In this document: piece by piece, positions 1 through 9,186 of the stretch
How positions within the stretch are numbered: position 1 is the stretch's first letter
Layout: each line of letters begins with the position of its first letter
Origin: Bacteroidia bacterium
GTDB lineage: Bacteria > Bacteroidota > Bacteroidia > Palsa-965
DNA length: 64,000 nt
Direction: 5' to 3'
Assembly (NCBI GenBank): GCA_044448685.1
Contig: JBIOHC010000001.1
Location: 29,941 to 93,940, forward strand
Made by a program: the position numbers and the translations under genes
Notes under the pieces: model-generated
What the model saw: only the letters and a program-made list of their open reading frames with translations
What the model was told of the DNA's origin: nothing
The model's database searches: none

Positions 1-2292
1 GTCTATATCTATTCCAATGATCCGGCTGTTTCGCATTTCCAGCTTAGCTTCAGCAATGTGGGTGCCGGAAACGGTGATTATATCAATATCCCTTCCAGTG
101 CCAACGGGCGGGTATTTCAGTGGGTGGCACCTGTTTCCGGTGTTCACCAGGGCAGTTATGCTCCGGTCATACAGCTTGTCACGCCGAAGAAAAAACAAAT
201 GATTACCGGAGGCGGGGAATTTATCCTCAGCAAACACACCACACTGGGTGTTGAAGGAGCATTGAGTAATTATGACCAGAACACTTTTTCGCCCTATGAC
301 GATCAAAACAATACGGGTTATGCATTTCGTTTTAATCTGAACAATAAAACCTATTCCGGTACCTTGCCGCCGGATACTACAGGGAAACCGGCCCTTAAAA
401 AGCCAAGCAGACAAGACAGTCTGGATCATGCACGGGTCCTGAATGCCGCTCACCTGCGCGAGATACCGGGCATTCCGGATCCGGCAATGACGAGTAAATG
501 GATTTTTTCCAAAACACTGAATTACGAGTATGTACAGCAGAATTTCACTCCTATAGAGCGTTACAGAAGTACGGAGTTTGAGCGGGACTGGAATACGGGC
601 ACCCTTCCTTTTGTTAGTGATCAGCATTATACAACAGCAGGTTTTGCACTTACGCGTAACCGTTATGGAAGCCTGGGTTATACCCTCAGCAGTTTTATGG
701 AAGGGAGTGAATACAATGGCCTGAAGAATGATATGAACGGAACTTTTGCCAGGGCTGGATATATGCTGAAGGCGAATGTCAGTCTGCTGAATACAGGCGG
801 CACACAAAGCAATTCACAGTTTCTGCGTCACAAAGCAGAGCTGAGCAAAAAAATACGGCGTATCACCATAGGTGTTACCGAGCAACAGGAAGTAAATCGA
901 ATGCGGGCACCGGGAGCTGACAGTCTCCTGCCAACGAGTTTCAGTTTTTTTGAATGGCAGGCCTATGTACAGAGCGCCGATACAGCCCGCAACAAATACA
1001 GGCTGAGCTATAAGCACCGCCAGGATTTTACCGCATTCCAGAATCATTTTAATCCCCTTTCCGATGCACAGGACCTGGGCTTTTCCCTGGCCGTTCTGAA
1101 AAACAAAAACAATGACCTTAAGACAACCGTTACGTATCGTCAGCTGGAGGTGCTGAGTACAAGTCTGACATCCCAGAAACCAGAAAACTCTCTTGTAGGT
1201 AGAATAGAATACAATCTGCGCCTCTGGCAGGGGTTGCTCACCTCCAATACCTTTTATGAAGCAGGCTCTGGGCTGGAACAGAAAAAAGAATACTCCTATG
1301 TGCTTGTTCCGGCAGGCCAGGGTCAGTATACCTGGATTGATTATAACGGGGATGGAATAAAACAACTGAATGAATTTGAGATAGCCTTGTATCCTGATCA
1401 GGCTACCTATATCCGTGTATTTACACCTACCGATCAGTATATAAAAGCATATACAAACCAGTTCAGCCAGAATCTGCTGCTTAAGCCGGGAGCCCGCTGG
1501 ACCAACAAGAAAGGGATTAAGAAAGGGCTTTCGCATTTTGCCGATCAGGCCACCTACCGTGTAGACAGGAAGACAACCAGTGTGGATCCTGTGAATGCAT
1601 ACAACCCGTTTTTAAAATCCATCCTGGATACTTCTCTGGTCACATTGAATTCATCCTTCCGCAATACGCTTTTCTTCAATCAGAATGATCCTGTGTTCGG
1701 CATTGATCTGAATTTTCAGGATGTACGCGGGAAGTCATTGCTGACAAACGGTTTTGAGACGAGGCTGAATGATTTTTATGAGCTTCGTATACGGTGGAAT
1801 ATGAATAAGACACTCGGACTGATAGTAACCGGAAAAGACGGAACCAAAAGCAATGCATCCCAGTTTTTTGCGAACCGTGATTATACTCTGGCTTACAGAG
1901 GTGCTGATCCAAAGCTTACCTACCAGCCCAATAACCGTTTCAGGCTGGCTTTTGACTATGCGTATACGGAAAAGAAGAACAATGTAGATCAGGGAGGAGA
2001 AACCGTATTCTCCAGTAATCTGGGGGCTGAAACAAAATACAATATTGTGAATAAGGGAAGCCTGACAGCCAAACTCAATTATATAGATCTTCATTATAAC
2101 GGATCACCCAACAGCGCTGTAGCTTATGAAATGCTGGATGGTCTGCATCCCGGAAAAAATGTAACCTGGTCAGTAGGGTATCAGCGCACCTTATCGAACA
2201 ACATACAGGTTAACATCACTTATGAAGGACGTCAAAGTGAGAATATCAAGACGATACATACAGGGGGAGCAACGGTAAGAGCCTTTTTCTAA
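1..2292 (+). CDS. C-terminal ≥744 aa of a large predicted outer-membrane β-barrel protein; the gene continues upstream of the window
   Basis: The ORF runs open from the window edge. It shows alternating amphipathic β-strand patterns, is rich in Y/N/T/G, and ends in ...RAFF, a C-terminal aromatic typical of OM β-barrels. It lies convergent with a T9SS cargo protease. A SprA-like T9SS translocon is one possibility but cannot be confirmed from sequence. Confidence 0.5.
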   Translation, partial: VYIYSNDPAVSHFQLSFSNVGAGNGDYINIPSSANGRVFQWVAPVSGVHQGSYAPVIQLVTPKKKQMITGGGEFILSKHTTLGVEGALSNYDQNTFSPYDDQNNTGYAFRFNLNNKTYSGTLPPDTTGKPALKKPSRQDSLDHARVLNAAHLREIPGIPDPAMTSKWIFSKTLNYEYVQQNFTPIERYRSTEFERDWNTGTLPFVSDQHYTTAGFALTRNRYGSLGYTLSSFMEGSEYNGLKNDMNGTFARAGYMLKANVSLLNTGGTQSNSQFLRHKAELSKKIRRITIGVTEQQEVNRMRAPGADSLLPTSFSFFEWQAYVQSADTARNKYRLSYKHRQDFTAFQNHFNPLSDAQDLGFSLAVLKNKNNDLKTTVTYRQLEVLSTSLTSQKPENSLVGRIEYNLRLWQGLLTSNTFYEAGSGLEQKKEYSYVLVPAGQGQYTWIDYNGDGIKQLNEFEIALYPDQATYIRVFTPTDQYIKAYTNQFSQNLLLKPGARWTNKKGIKKGLSHFADQATYRVDRKTTSVDPVNAYNPFLKSILDTSLVTLNSSFRNTLFFNQNDPVFGIDLNFQDVRGKSLLTNGFETRLNDFYELRIRWNMNKTLGLIVTGKDGTKSNASQFFANRDYTLAYRGADPKLTYQPNNRFRLAFDYAYTEKKNNVDQGGETVFSSNLGAETKYNIVNKGSLTAKLNYIDLHYNGSPNSAVAYEMLDGLHPGKNVTWSVGYQRTLSNNIQVNITYEGRQSENIKTIHTGGATVRAFF

Positions 2293-2296
2293 GATC

Positions 2297-4390
2297 TTAT
2301 CTGACAACCAGCTTCCTGGTAACCTGTTGGTTATTGATCTGAATGGAGGTGATGTAGATACCGGGCTTCAACACAACGGAAGTGTTGATCCGGAACGAGT
2401 GCTCGCCTGCAGCAAGCGTTTGATCACAAACCTTCATCACTTCCCGGCCTGCGATATCCTGAATGTGTATGGCTACATGATGCGCATCTTCTGTGCTGAA
2501 AGCAATAGTGGTATGATCATCAGCAGGGTTAGGATACAGCATCAGGTTGTTCAGGCCCAGCGCCTGTTCCTGAATGCCTGCAAAAGAGGAATAGATATTG
2601 ATATCATCGATAAAAACATCGCTTCCACCCCCGTTGATAATTTCGAATTTGAAACGCATATCAGTCCAGCTTTGATAGGGGCTTACTCCAACAGTTTCTG
2701 TTCTCCATTGTGTGGAATTAGGGACGAAGCTGCCTGTGAGACTGGAGGTAGTGGCTAATGCAGTGCCGAGCTTGTTATATCTCAGTTGCCAGGTCTGACC
2801 GCAGTCGTTTGAGAAATACACCCTCAGATTATCCTTGTCAGTTGTAGCCTGCTGGGCAAAGGCAAGGCGGAAGGTCATGGCAGCGCTGGGGATTTTTGTC
2901 ATATCGATGGAAGGCCCTACAGCCGATTCTGTCTGACCCAATATACTGGCTGCATTGTGTTGCTTAAGCGAAGCAGCACCGGATGAAAAAGCGGAGGTTG
3001 TGCGTTGCCAGGCATTGCCCTGGGGACTGATCATTGTCCAGTCGCTCGTGAGGGCAGTTGCATTTTCAAATCCTTCCGAATAGGAGGAGGAGGTATAGGT
3101 GGTGGTGGTTGGGCTCACAATCACATGCGATGTACGGGTTATGGAATTTGTTCCGGAAGCATTCGTTTCCGACAGTGTTACACTGTATGTTCCCGGTGTA
3201 GCATACTGAATGGTGGGAAAAGAGTCGGTAGAGGAGGAAGGTGTTCCACCCGGAAACTGCCAGCTCCAGGAAGAAGGCTGACCCGCCATCAGCAGGTAGT
3301 TGAACTGATACGAAGCCCCTGCACAAAGCATGATCGGTGTATTCGGCATAAAGTCGGCAACTGGGGCACACAAAACAGGGGTATTGAGCACGCCTGTTGC
3401 ACTCAGGTTGGATGCAGTCCACAGCTGATTACGCTGTGCGGTTGCCGAATTGAGCGCATTGGTCATACGGGAGGCCTGACCCAGGGTGAACATACGTGAG
3501 CAATAAGAGTAATCCATATAGTTCTGGTAATTCTCCTCTATAGAGGTATTGCAGATTTTTGCGGTGGAAGCTGTTGCACAATGTGTCCAGCCTTTTGTGA
3601 TTGGTGTATCCGAAACAGCGTCATCACCGCAGGATACACCGGGAGAGTTGGTATTGCCCCAGGGATGCTGGAGATTGAAGAAGTGGCCTATTTCATGTGT
3701 CAGGGCGCGGCTCGTTACGGTTGATCCGGTTCCTGTACTGCCAATGTAATTCGAAAGGATAAGGATACCGTCAATAGTGGAGCTAAGAAAATTGGAAGGA
3801 AGGTATGCATAACCGGCAGCTCCGTTAGAAATGGTTTTCACGACCCATACATTCAGGTATTTATTCCGGGGCCAGGGATTCAGTTTGGAATTATCATCAC
3901 CTATATACGTTTGTAAAGAAGCAATACGGTCAATGCCGTTGGTGCATTTTCCGTTCGGGTCGATCTGAGCAAGGCGGAATTCAATTTTTGTGTCAGCAAT
4001 GATACTTTTGAAAACGGAATCCACCACTGAAGTATCTGCATTCAGCTTACGGTAATCCCGGTTCAGGATATTCACTTCATCCAGAACCTGTGCATCGGAA
4101 ATATTCTCAGGACCATAATCGTGAAGGATATGGAATACAACGGGAATAATATAGGTGGGTGCAGAGGAGACGGTTTTCATCTGCCTATAGCCATGCATAA
4201 AATCGAGAGCATCCTGATTTTTCAATACCAGTTCATTGGCTTCAAACTCTGCTTTCATCTTTGGATTATCGCGATACAGCTTTTCGTAAATAGCCGGAGT
4301 GCCGCAATATTTCAGGGTTTCGCCGGTCTGAGCTTTGCCGGCGGAAACGAACAGAAGGATCAGTATGGGAAGGGAATAAAATTTCTTCAT
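2297..4390 (-). CDS. Secreted metzincin-type zinc metalloprotease with PKD-like domain and T9SS C-terminal sorting domain
   Basis: N-terminal signal peptide MKKFYSLPILILLFVSAGKAQ. Zinc motif HEIGHFFNLQH (HExxHx5H) followed by a Met-turn region. PKD-like segment (…TYSVTLSETNASG…). C-terminal ~80 aa with the T9SS CTD signature (…LMLYPNPADDHTTIAF…KPGIYITSIQINNQQVTRKLVV). Confidence 0.85.
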   Translation of the reverse strand: MKKFYSLPILILLFVSAGKAQTGETLKYCGTPAIYEKLYRDNPKMKAEFEANELVLKNQDALDFMHGYRQMKTVSSAPTYIIPVVFHILHDYGPENISDAQVLDEVNILNRDYRKLNADTSVVDSVFKSIIADTKIEFRLAQIDPNGKCTNGIDRIASLQTYIGDDNSKLNPWPRNKYLNVWVVKTISNGAAGYAYLPSNFLSSTIDGILILSNYIGSTGTGSTVTSRALTHEIGHFFNLQHPWGNTNSPGVSCGDDAVSDTPITKGWTHCATASTAKICNTSIEENYQNYMDYSYCSRMFTLGQASRMTNALNSATAQRNQLWTASNLSATGVLNTPVLCAPVADFMPNTPIMLCAGASYQFNYLLMAGQPSSWSWQFPGGTPSSSTDSFPTIQYATPGTYSVTLSETNASGTNSITRTSHVIVSPTTTTYTSSSYSEGFENATALTSDWTMISPQGNAWQRTTSAFSSGAASLKQHNAASILGQTESAVGPSIDMTKIPSAAMTFRLAFAQQATTDKDNLRVYFSNDCGQTWQLRYNKLGTALATTSSLTGSFVPNSTQWRTETVGVSPYQSWTDMRFKFEIINGGGSDVFIDDINIYSSFAGIQEQALGLNNLMLYPNPADDHTTIAFSTEDAHHVAIHIQDIAGREVMKVCDQTLAAGEHSFRINTSVVLKPGIYITSIQINNQQVTRKLVVR

Positions 4391-4408
4391 GGTAAAAAGT
4401 TGCTGTGG

Positions 4409-5143
4409 TTACTGTTCTGCAGGTATATCCTTAACAGACATGAGGGTGTGCTTATATTCCTCTGAATGGCGTATGATATGGGCAAATTTCCGGGCAATTT
4501 GTTCCGGATGTGCGAGCTGGTTTTCAATTTTATAGTTGATGAAATCATTCAGGCGGATAAAGTCAGCAGCGGAGGCCGAACGTATCTCTTCCTGCATTTG
4601 TGTGTCAATAACACCCGGAGCAACGGATAAGATCCTGAACGGTCGTCCAAAGCTGTGGCGCTGTTCTTCATCAACCACCCTGCTCAGCATATCCAGTCCG
4701 GCTTTGGATGAACAATAAGGACTCCATCCTCCTATGGGATTCTTTCCTGCACCGGAGCTGACATTAACAATAAGTTTTTTAGCCTCTGATTCCCTGTAGC
4801 TGATCATAAACTGGTTAGTCAGTACGGCAGGTGCTACGAGGTTGACCTGAAAATTATGGATAATGGCTTCGGCGCTGAGTTGTCCGAGGGGTTTGATCAT
4901 CCCTATCAGACCGGCATTGTTGACGAGCACTAATTTTTTAGCATCGTGATGCAGTGGGAAACGAACAGCTTTGAATTCATCCGGGTTGCTCAGATCAACC
5001 GTCCAGTGCTCATAATTCTCATGTGTAATCTCCTGGTTACGGCAAATGCCAACAACACGGTTATCCGGTCCTTCCTGGAGGTAATAGGCTGCCAGGGCTT
5101 TTCCCAGCCCCCGGCTTGTTCCGGTGATATAATAGTAATTCAT
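4409..5143 (-). CDS. Short-chain dehydrogenase/reductase (SDR) family oxidoreductase
   Basis: N-terminal TGxxxGxG cofactor motif (YYITGTSRGLGKALA). Catalytic YxxxK (YCSSKAG). Length 244 aa. Confidence 0.85.
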   Translation of the reverse strand: MNYYYITGTSRGLGKALAAYYLQEGPDNRVVGICRNQEITHENYEHWTVDLSNPDEFKAVRFPLHHDAKKLVLVNNAGLIGMIKPLGQLSAEAIIHNFQVNLVAPAVLTNQFMISYRESEAKKLIVNVSSGAGKNPIGGWSPYCSSKAGLDMLSRVVDEEQRHSFGRPFRILSVAPGVIDTQMQEEIRSASAADFIRLNDFINYKIENQLAHPEQIARKFAHIIRHSEEYKHTLMSVKDIPAEQ

Positions 5144-5194
5144 ACCCTGTACGATGAAGTACTAAAGGTAGTGAGCAAAGGCTGAATATGCAAA

Positions 5195-6334
5195 TCAGCC
5201 CAGGGCCTGCTTTATGTCAGCCAGGAGGTCTTCGATATCTTCAATACCTACACTCAGTCTGAGCAAAGAATCGACAACACCGGCATGTTCCCTTTCCGCT
5301 TTGGGAATAGAAGCATGGGTCATGGTGGCGGGGTGGTTCACAAGAGATTCTACACCTCCCAGGGATTCGGCGAGGGTAAACACTTTGAAGGCCGAGGCCA
5401 GTTTAAAAGCATCTTCCTGGCTGTTTCCTTTCAGGGAGAAAGAGATCATTCCACCGAAATCCTTCATTTGTTTTTTGGCAATGGCATGGTTGGGGTGATC
5501 GGGAAAGCCTGGCCAGTAAAGCTTGTCCACTTTGGGATGCGTTTTGAGAAACTCCGCAATCTTACGCCCGTTATAGCAATGTCTTTCCATCCGTATATGC
5601 AGGGTCTTTACCCCGCGCAATACCAGGAAGCTGTCCATCGGCCCGGGAGTGGCGCCGCAGGAATTATGAATGAAAGCAAGATCGGCATACAGCTTGTCAT
5701 CATTCACACACAGAGCGCCCATAATCACGTCGCTGTGACCGCTGATGTATTTGGTTACAGAATGCATGACAATATCCGCACCAAGCAGGACGGGGTTTTG
5801 CAGGAAGGGAGAGGCAAACGTATTGTCAACAGCCAGGATCAGTTTATGTTCTTTGGCAATTTTGGAGCAGGCTTCAATATCGATGATCTGCATGGTCGGG
5901 TTGGTGGGTGTTTCCAGCCAGATCAGTTTTGTTTTCGCATTCACAAACTTGCGTATGTTCTGAGGATCTTTCAAATCCACAAAGTGGAATTTTATCCCGA
6001 AAGGTTCGAATACCTTGGTAAACATTCTATAAGTACCCCCATAGAGGTCATCACCTGTTATCACTTCATCACCCGGGCGGAGCAGCTTGATGACAGCATC
6101 GGTAGCGCCCATTCCGCTTGAAAAGCAAAGCCCGTGTTTTGTTCCTTCCAGTTCAGCCAGGCATTTTTCCAATGCAGTACGGGTTGGATTTTTACCCCGT
6201 GCATAGGCATAACCTTTGTGTTTACCGGGCGATTCCTGCCAGTAAGTAGATGTCTGGTAAATAGGGGTCATCACAGCACCTGTTGTAGGGTCGGGCTCCT
6301 GACCTGCATGGATAGCTTTGGTTCCGAATTTCAT
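5195..6334 (-). CDS. PLP-dependent Cys/Met-metabolism enzyme (cystathionine γ-lyase/γ-synthase/methionine γ-lyase family)
   Basis: N-terminus MKFGTKAIHAGQEPDPTTGAV…PIYQTSTY. PLP-lysine region SVTKYISGHSDV. Length 379 aa. An AAGGAGG Shine-Dalgarno sits 5 nt upstream of the ATG. Confidence 0.9.
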   Translation of the reverse strand: MKFGTKAIHAGQEPDPTTGAVMTPIYQTSTYWQESPGKHKGYAYARGKNPTRTALEKCLAELEGTKHGLCFSSGMGATDAVIKLLRPGDEVITGDDLYGGTYRMFTKVFEPFGIKFHFVDLKDPQNIRKFVNAKTKLIWLETPTNPTMQIIDIEACSKIAKEHKLILAVDNTFASPFLQNPVLLGADIVMHSVTKYISGHSDVIMGALCVNDDKLYADLAFIHNSCGATPGPMDSFLVLRGVKTLHIRMERHCYNGRKIAEFLKTHPKVDKLYWPGFPDHPNHAIAKKQMKDFGGMISFSLKGNSQEDAFKLASAFKVFTLAESLGGVESLVNHPATMTHASIPKAEREHAGVVDSLLRLSVGIEDIEDLLADIKQALG

Positions 6335-6448
6335 ACGTTCCTCCTTTTGAAGTAGGGAACGAAATTACGAAGTATTTTTTATCCGGTGGGGAGTTATTCA
6401 ATCCCTGATTGGAGACGGTTTTAGGAAAATAGAATTTCGGATTCCCGG

Positions 6449-7045
6449 TTATGTTCGTGCGAAAGAAATTAGGGGCTGAATATTTCCTTTGTCTGCTTGC
6501 TTTATTGCCGTCAGATAACTTGTCCGTGCTTCACCTTTTTTAACCAAGCTATTCCGGTTCCAGGTAAAAACAGGGTTCCCAAACAAGTGACTTATAATCA
6601 CATCTGCGATAAGCCTGGAGTGTCTGCCGTTTCCATTCGGGAAGCAGTGTATAGCAACGATTCTATGACTGAATTGAATAGCGATTTCATCTTCGCTGAA
6701 GGCCATATTCTCAATCCAGAAGGAGCAGTCATCAAGGAGTTTTTTGAGTTCCATCCCAATAAACATCCACATAACACCAAGGTTTTTATCCGATTTTCTG
6801 AAGCTCCCTGCCCAGCTCCAAACATCCTCAAACATTTTCCGGTGCAGGTCAAGCACAAATTCTTCGGAAACCACGCGCCCTTTCCCGAACTTCCGTGTCA
6901 AGGTCCACTCAATTGCTTTTTCTATATTTAATTGCTCGAACTCATCCAGCTCCCCACGTGTTGCTATACTTCCAATGAGTAGCCCATCCTTCTCTTCTTC
7001 GGACAATGGAGTTTGACCGTCCTGATAATCAAGACTCAATCCCAT
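6449..7045 (-). CDS. Fic-domain protein of the 'mobile mystery protein B' type (putative Fic toxin/AMPylase)
   Basis: Canonical Fic motif HCFPNGNGRHSRL (HxFx[D/N]GNGRxxR). Length 198 aa. Overlaps the upstream HTH partner by 10 bp. Confidence 0.8.
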   Translation of the reverse strand: MGLSLDYQDGQTPLSEEEKDGLLIGSIATRGELDEFEQLNIEKAIEWTLTRKFGKGRVVSEEFVLDLHRKMFEDVWSWAGSFRKSDKNLGVMWMFIGMELKKLLDDCSFWIENMAFSEDEIAIQFSHRIVAIHCFPNGNGRHSRLIADVIISHLFGNPVFTWNRNSLVKKGEARTSYLTAIKQADKGNIQPLISFART

Positions 7046-7503
7046 AAGTATTTCGGTATTGTGTTTTTAAGTTCTTCGGTTTTATCCTTTATGGCTTTCT
7101 GAAGTCGCTCTGAAGTATTTTCCTGATTCTCCAGCATCATAGTGTTGGAAGTGCGCTGCACAATTTCAGTGGCTTTTTCCCTTGCTTTTTTTTCAATCAT
7201 TTCCTCCAGGCTCAGGTCTTTGGGAACAAACGCATAAACGAATTTCATATCCAGGGCACGGGCTACATCTTTCATCGTATTTATTGTAATTGCTCCGGTG
7301 GTCTCCCGGATTTCTAACGCAATAATGTTTTGGGGGGATTTCTTAAGCCTTAATCCCAACTGTCGGAGTGACATCTTTAGTGCTTTCCGTATTCCATTAA
7401 TCCATCCGTTTGCCGGAGGCACTATTTTCGTGTCCAGCCCTTTAGCAGATTCCAGCTTCTTATCAATCTGCCCTATTAATAGCCATTGTTTGCTGTCTTT
7501 CAT
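7036..7503 (-). CDS. HTH-domain protein of the 'mobile mystery protein A' type (putative antitoxin/regulator of the Fic partner)
   Basis: 155-aa protein. HTH-like segment (…IRKALKMSLRQLGLRLKKSPQNIIALE…). Translationally coupled to the downstream Fic gene, the classic A/B pair arrangement. Confidence 0.7.
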   Translation of the reverse strand: MKDSKQWLLIGQIDKKLESAKGLDTKIVPPANGWINGIRKALKMSLRQLGLRLKKSPQNIIALEIRETTGAITINTMKDVARALDMKFVYAFVPKDLSLEEMIEKKAREKATEIVQRTSNTMMLENQENTSERLQKAIKDKTEELKNTIPKYLWD

Positions 7504-7674
7504 AACTAAATAAGTTTAAATCAAAACTCAAATATACATATATATATTTAAAATCAAATCTATATATTAAATATATAAGTGTAAAATACTGACTAATTAT
7601 TTATGTAAATGGCTGATTATAAGTAGTTAATGTGAATCGCGTGTTGTCCGGGGGCACTCCAGAGCTCGGGATTT
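7504..7674. promoter_or_regulatory. Extremely AT-rich intergenic segment (~20% GC); probable promoter region for the HTH/Fic pair and possible island junction
   Basis: aaatatacatatatatatttaaaatcaaatctatatattaaatatataag. On the minus strand TATATTTG (a Bacteroidota −7-like TAnnTTTG) lies ~35 nt upstream of the 7503 start codon. Confidence 0.3.
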
Positions 7675-7932
7675 CTATTGCAAGCGAACGGGTAGAGAGG
7701 GAATGAAGGTTATACCTCCGAATTTACCTATATAGGGCACAACCCAAACGGCTCCAACCACTAAAAGTATAAGGCCAATCCACCAGGAATTGTTCGCATG
7801 GATAAGGAAGATTAGAATTAATCCGAAAGCCCAGAATGTGTAGCCTCGATAAATCGCAGGTGGAGGGAAGAGTTTACCTATTCGGTAATCAATCGGAAGT
7901 TTGAGATTGGTAGTAATTGAGTTGTTAGACAA
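7675..7932 (-). CDS. Small two-TM membrane protein (85 aa), hypothetical
   Basis: Two hydrophobic helices (FWAFGLILIFLIHA…; WWIGLILLVVGAVWVV). Sits inside the immunity-like gene array. No family recognised. Confidence 0.45.
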   Translation of the reverse strand: MSNNSITTNLKLPIDYRIGKLFPPPAIYRGYTFWAFGLILIFLIHANNSWWIGLILLVVGAVWVVPYIGKFGGITFIPSLPVRLQ

Positions 7933-7940
7933 CGGTGATT

Positions 7941-8807
7941 TTATTTAACGTATAATATCATTTTTTGTTTGCCGCTTTCTGTTTCGTGCGTGATTGAATC
8001 ATAAATATTCCACTTAAAGCCGAGAACCCAGTGCCCTTTTTTGGTCGCTTCGATGACTACTGTCGCTTGCCCCTCATTATTTTGCAACTGAGTTGTTTTA
8101 ACAGGGTTCTCATTTTTATCCAAATCTTCATGAAATACTGTCACTGTGGAGTTCGGTGGGTTTGCAATAATCATTGTCGAATGGAAAGAATCATTCAGCT
8201 TGACTGTGTCATTTTTGTATCTGAATTCAATAATCCCAGCTCCCTTTTTTAATGTTAGCTTTCCATGATTATCATACATTCGAACGTATGTTAAATTCCC
8301 CTGAGCCGAATAGTATTTATATGAACTTCGTATCCCACTTTTATAGTAGTAATTCCATTCATGAACCATTTTGTCGCCATTCTTGAATCCTGAATAGAAC
8401 ATTTTTCCATTGGAATAATAAGCTTTTTTCTCCCCTTTTTGGACTCCTTCTGAATAAGTTGTTAATATTACGCCGTCACTGTCGTCTAATTGTTTTCTTA
8501 TTCCTTCTATTTTCCCATTCGTTGAGCAAAATGAATCAGCAAGAATTCCATTATTATCATACTTTAAAACGATTTCGGAATGCTTTGAGCTGTCAATAAG
8601 GATTCTCCGTGCTACAATTTTTCCTGAGGAATCACGTTGAACAAAGATTTTATTTCCCAATGAATCATGCTCAATATCTGCTTTGTTCTGTTGATTACAA
8701 CTAACAAAAGCAATTGCTGTGAAAAACGAATAAAAAAACAAACGATTTCGAATAATATTAGTCACCTTCGGTATTGTTGAGAATGAGTTGGAGCAGTGTC
8801 TTTGCAC
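7941..8807 (-). CDS. Lipoprotein with MORN-variant/YwqK-type repeats (putative polymorphic-toxin immunity protein)
   Basis: Signal peptide with lipobox …AIAFVSC. Repeated G-x-w-x-YY-x-NG-k motifs (KAYYSNGKMFYSGFKNGDKMVHEWNYYYKSGI…YDNHGKL), typical of YwqK-family antitoxins. Confidence 0.65.
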   Translation of the reverse strand: MQRHCSNSFSTIPKVTNIIRNRLFFYSFFTAIAFVSCNQQNKADIEHDSLGNKIFVQRDSSGKIVARRILIDSSKHSEIVLKYDNNGILADSFCSTNGKIEGIRKQLDDSDGVILTTYSEGVQKGEKKAYYSNGKMFYSGFKNGDKMVHEWNYYYKSGIRSSYKYYSAQGNLTYVRMYDNHGKLTLKKGAGIIEFRYKNDTVKLNDSFHSTMIIANPPNSTVTVFHEDLDKNENPVKTTQLQNNEGQATVVIEATKKGHWVLGFKWNIYDSITHETESGKQKMILYVK

Positions 8808-8913
8808 TGTCTCTTAGGTTATTGTTCATCAAGATTTCTCCTGAGATTGTTGTGTACTTGCCCTTTTCAAGGTCAATACGGTACACAGTCGTTGTTTTGG
8901 ATTGCTTTTTCAT
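8758..8913 (-). CDS. Possible small ORF (51 aa, MKKQSKTTTVYRIDLEKGKYTTISGEILMNNNLRDSAKTLLQLILNNTEGD)
   Basis: Too short for the ORF track. Found by reading the minus strand beside the GC-rich junction. Overlaps the annotated start of the YwqK-like gene. May be a gene remnant. Confidence 0.2.
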   Translation of the reverse strand: MKKQSKTTTVYRIDLEKGKYTTISGEILMNNNLRDSAKTLLQLILNNTEGD

Positions 8914-8989
8914 TTAGTTTCATATCCTTTTTTACTTTATGTTATGGTGTCCTATTTTTGTCAGTGGGTAAGGAACCCATCCGATCATG

Positions 8990-9180
8990 AATCGAATGGA
9001 ACCCACTAACCTGCCTCCATTTCCCTTCGCTCCCTGCCTGCCGTCGCGCAGGCCTGTGTTACGGCAGGCAGGCGTTTCCCCTCCTTCGCTACTGCTCCTG
9101 CCTCCGTTATCACTTCGGCAAGCAAGTCGGAGGGCAAGTCCGCTCTGATTTTCCCAGCATTCGGAGGATGGAGAGGGTGA
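8990..9180. repeat. GC-rich palindromic segment ending in copy 1 (9142–9175) of a 34-bp direct repeat
   Basis: Perfect 12-bp inverted repeat cctgcctgccgt…acggcaggcagg. Recurring cctgcct motifs. Ends with gctctgattttcccagcattcggaggatggagag. Confidence 0.75.
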
Positions 9181-9186
9181 GGAAGG

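Noticed and set aside
814-1536. 240-aa antisense ORF inside the β-barrel gene, plus similar antisense or overlapping ORFs inside ileS (17223–20012), mlaD (57771–58460), the RHS gene (10407–11934) and others in the track
   Set aside because: All overlap well-supported genes on the opposite strand and have no recognisable features. They are treated as spurious.
5285-6121. 278-aa ORF antisense to the cystathionine lyase gene
   Set aside because: It lies entirely inside a confidently identified PLP-enzyme gene. It has no start context or motif. It is a typical antisense open frame from codon bias.
6335-6448. Possible SAM riboswitch upstream of the Cys/Met-metabolism gene
   Set aside because: I read the minus-strand leader looking for the SAM-I core (…cttatcaagag…gggactggcccgatgaa…) and found no match. 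The leader is only ~110 nt.
8990-9180. GC-rich segment as a tRNA, tmRNA or other structured ncRNA
   Set aside because: No cloverleaf can be drawn, and there is no T-loop (GTTCRANYC) or CCA-adjacent acceptor. It is treated as a repeat or palindromic element. A small RNA cannot be excluded without expression data.
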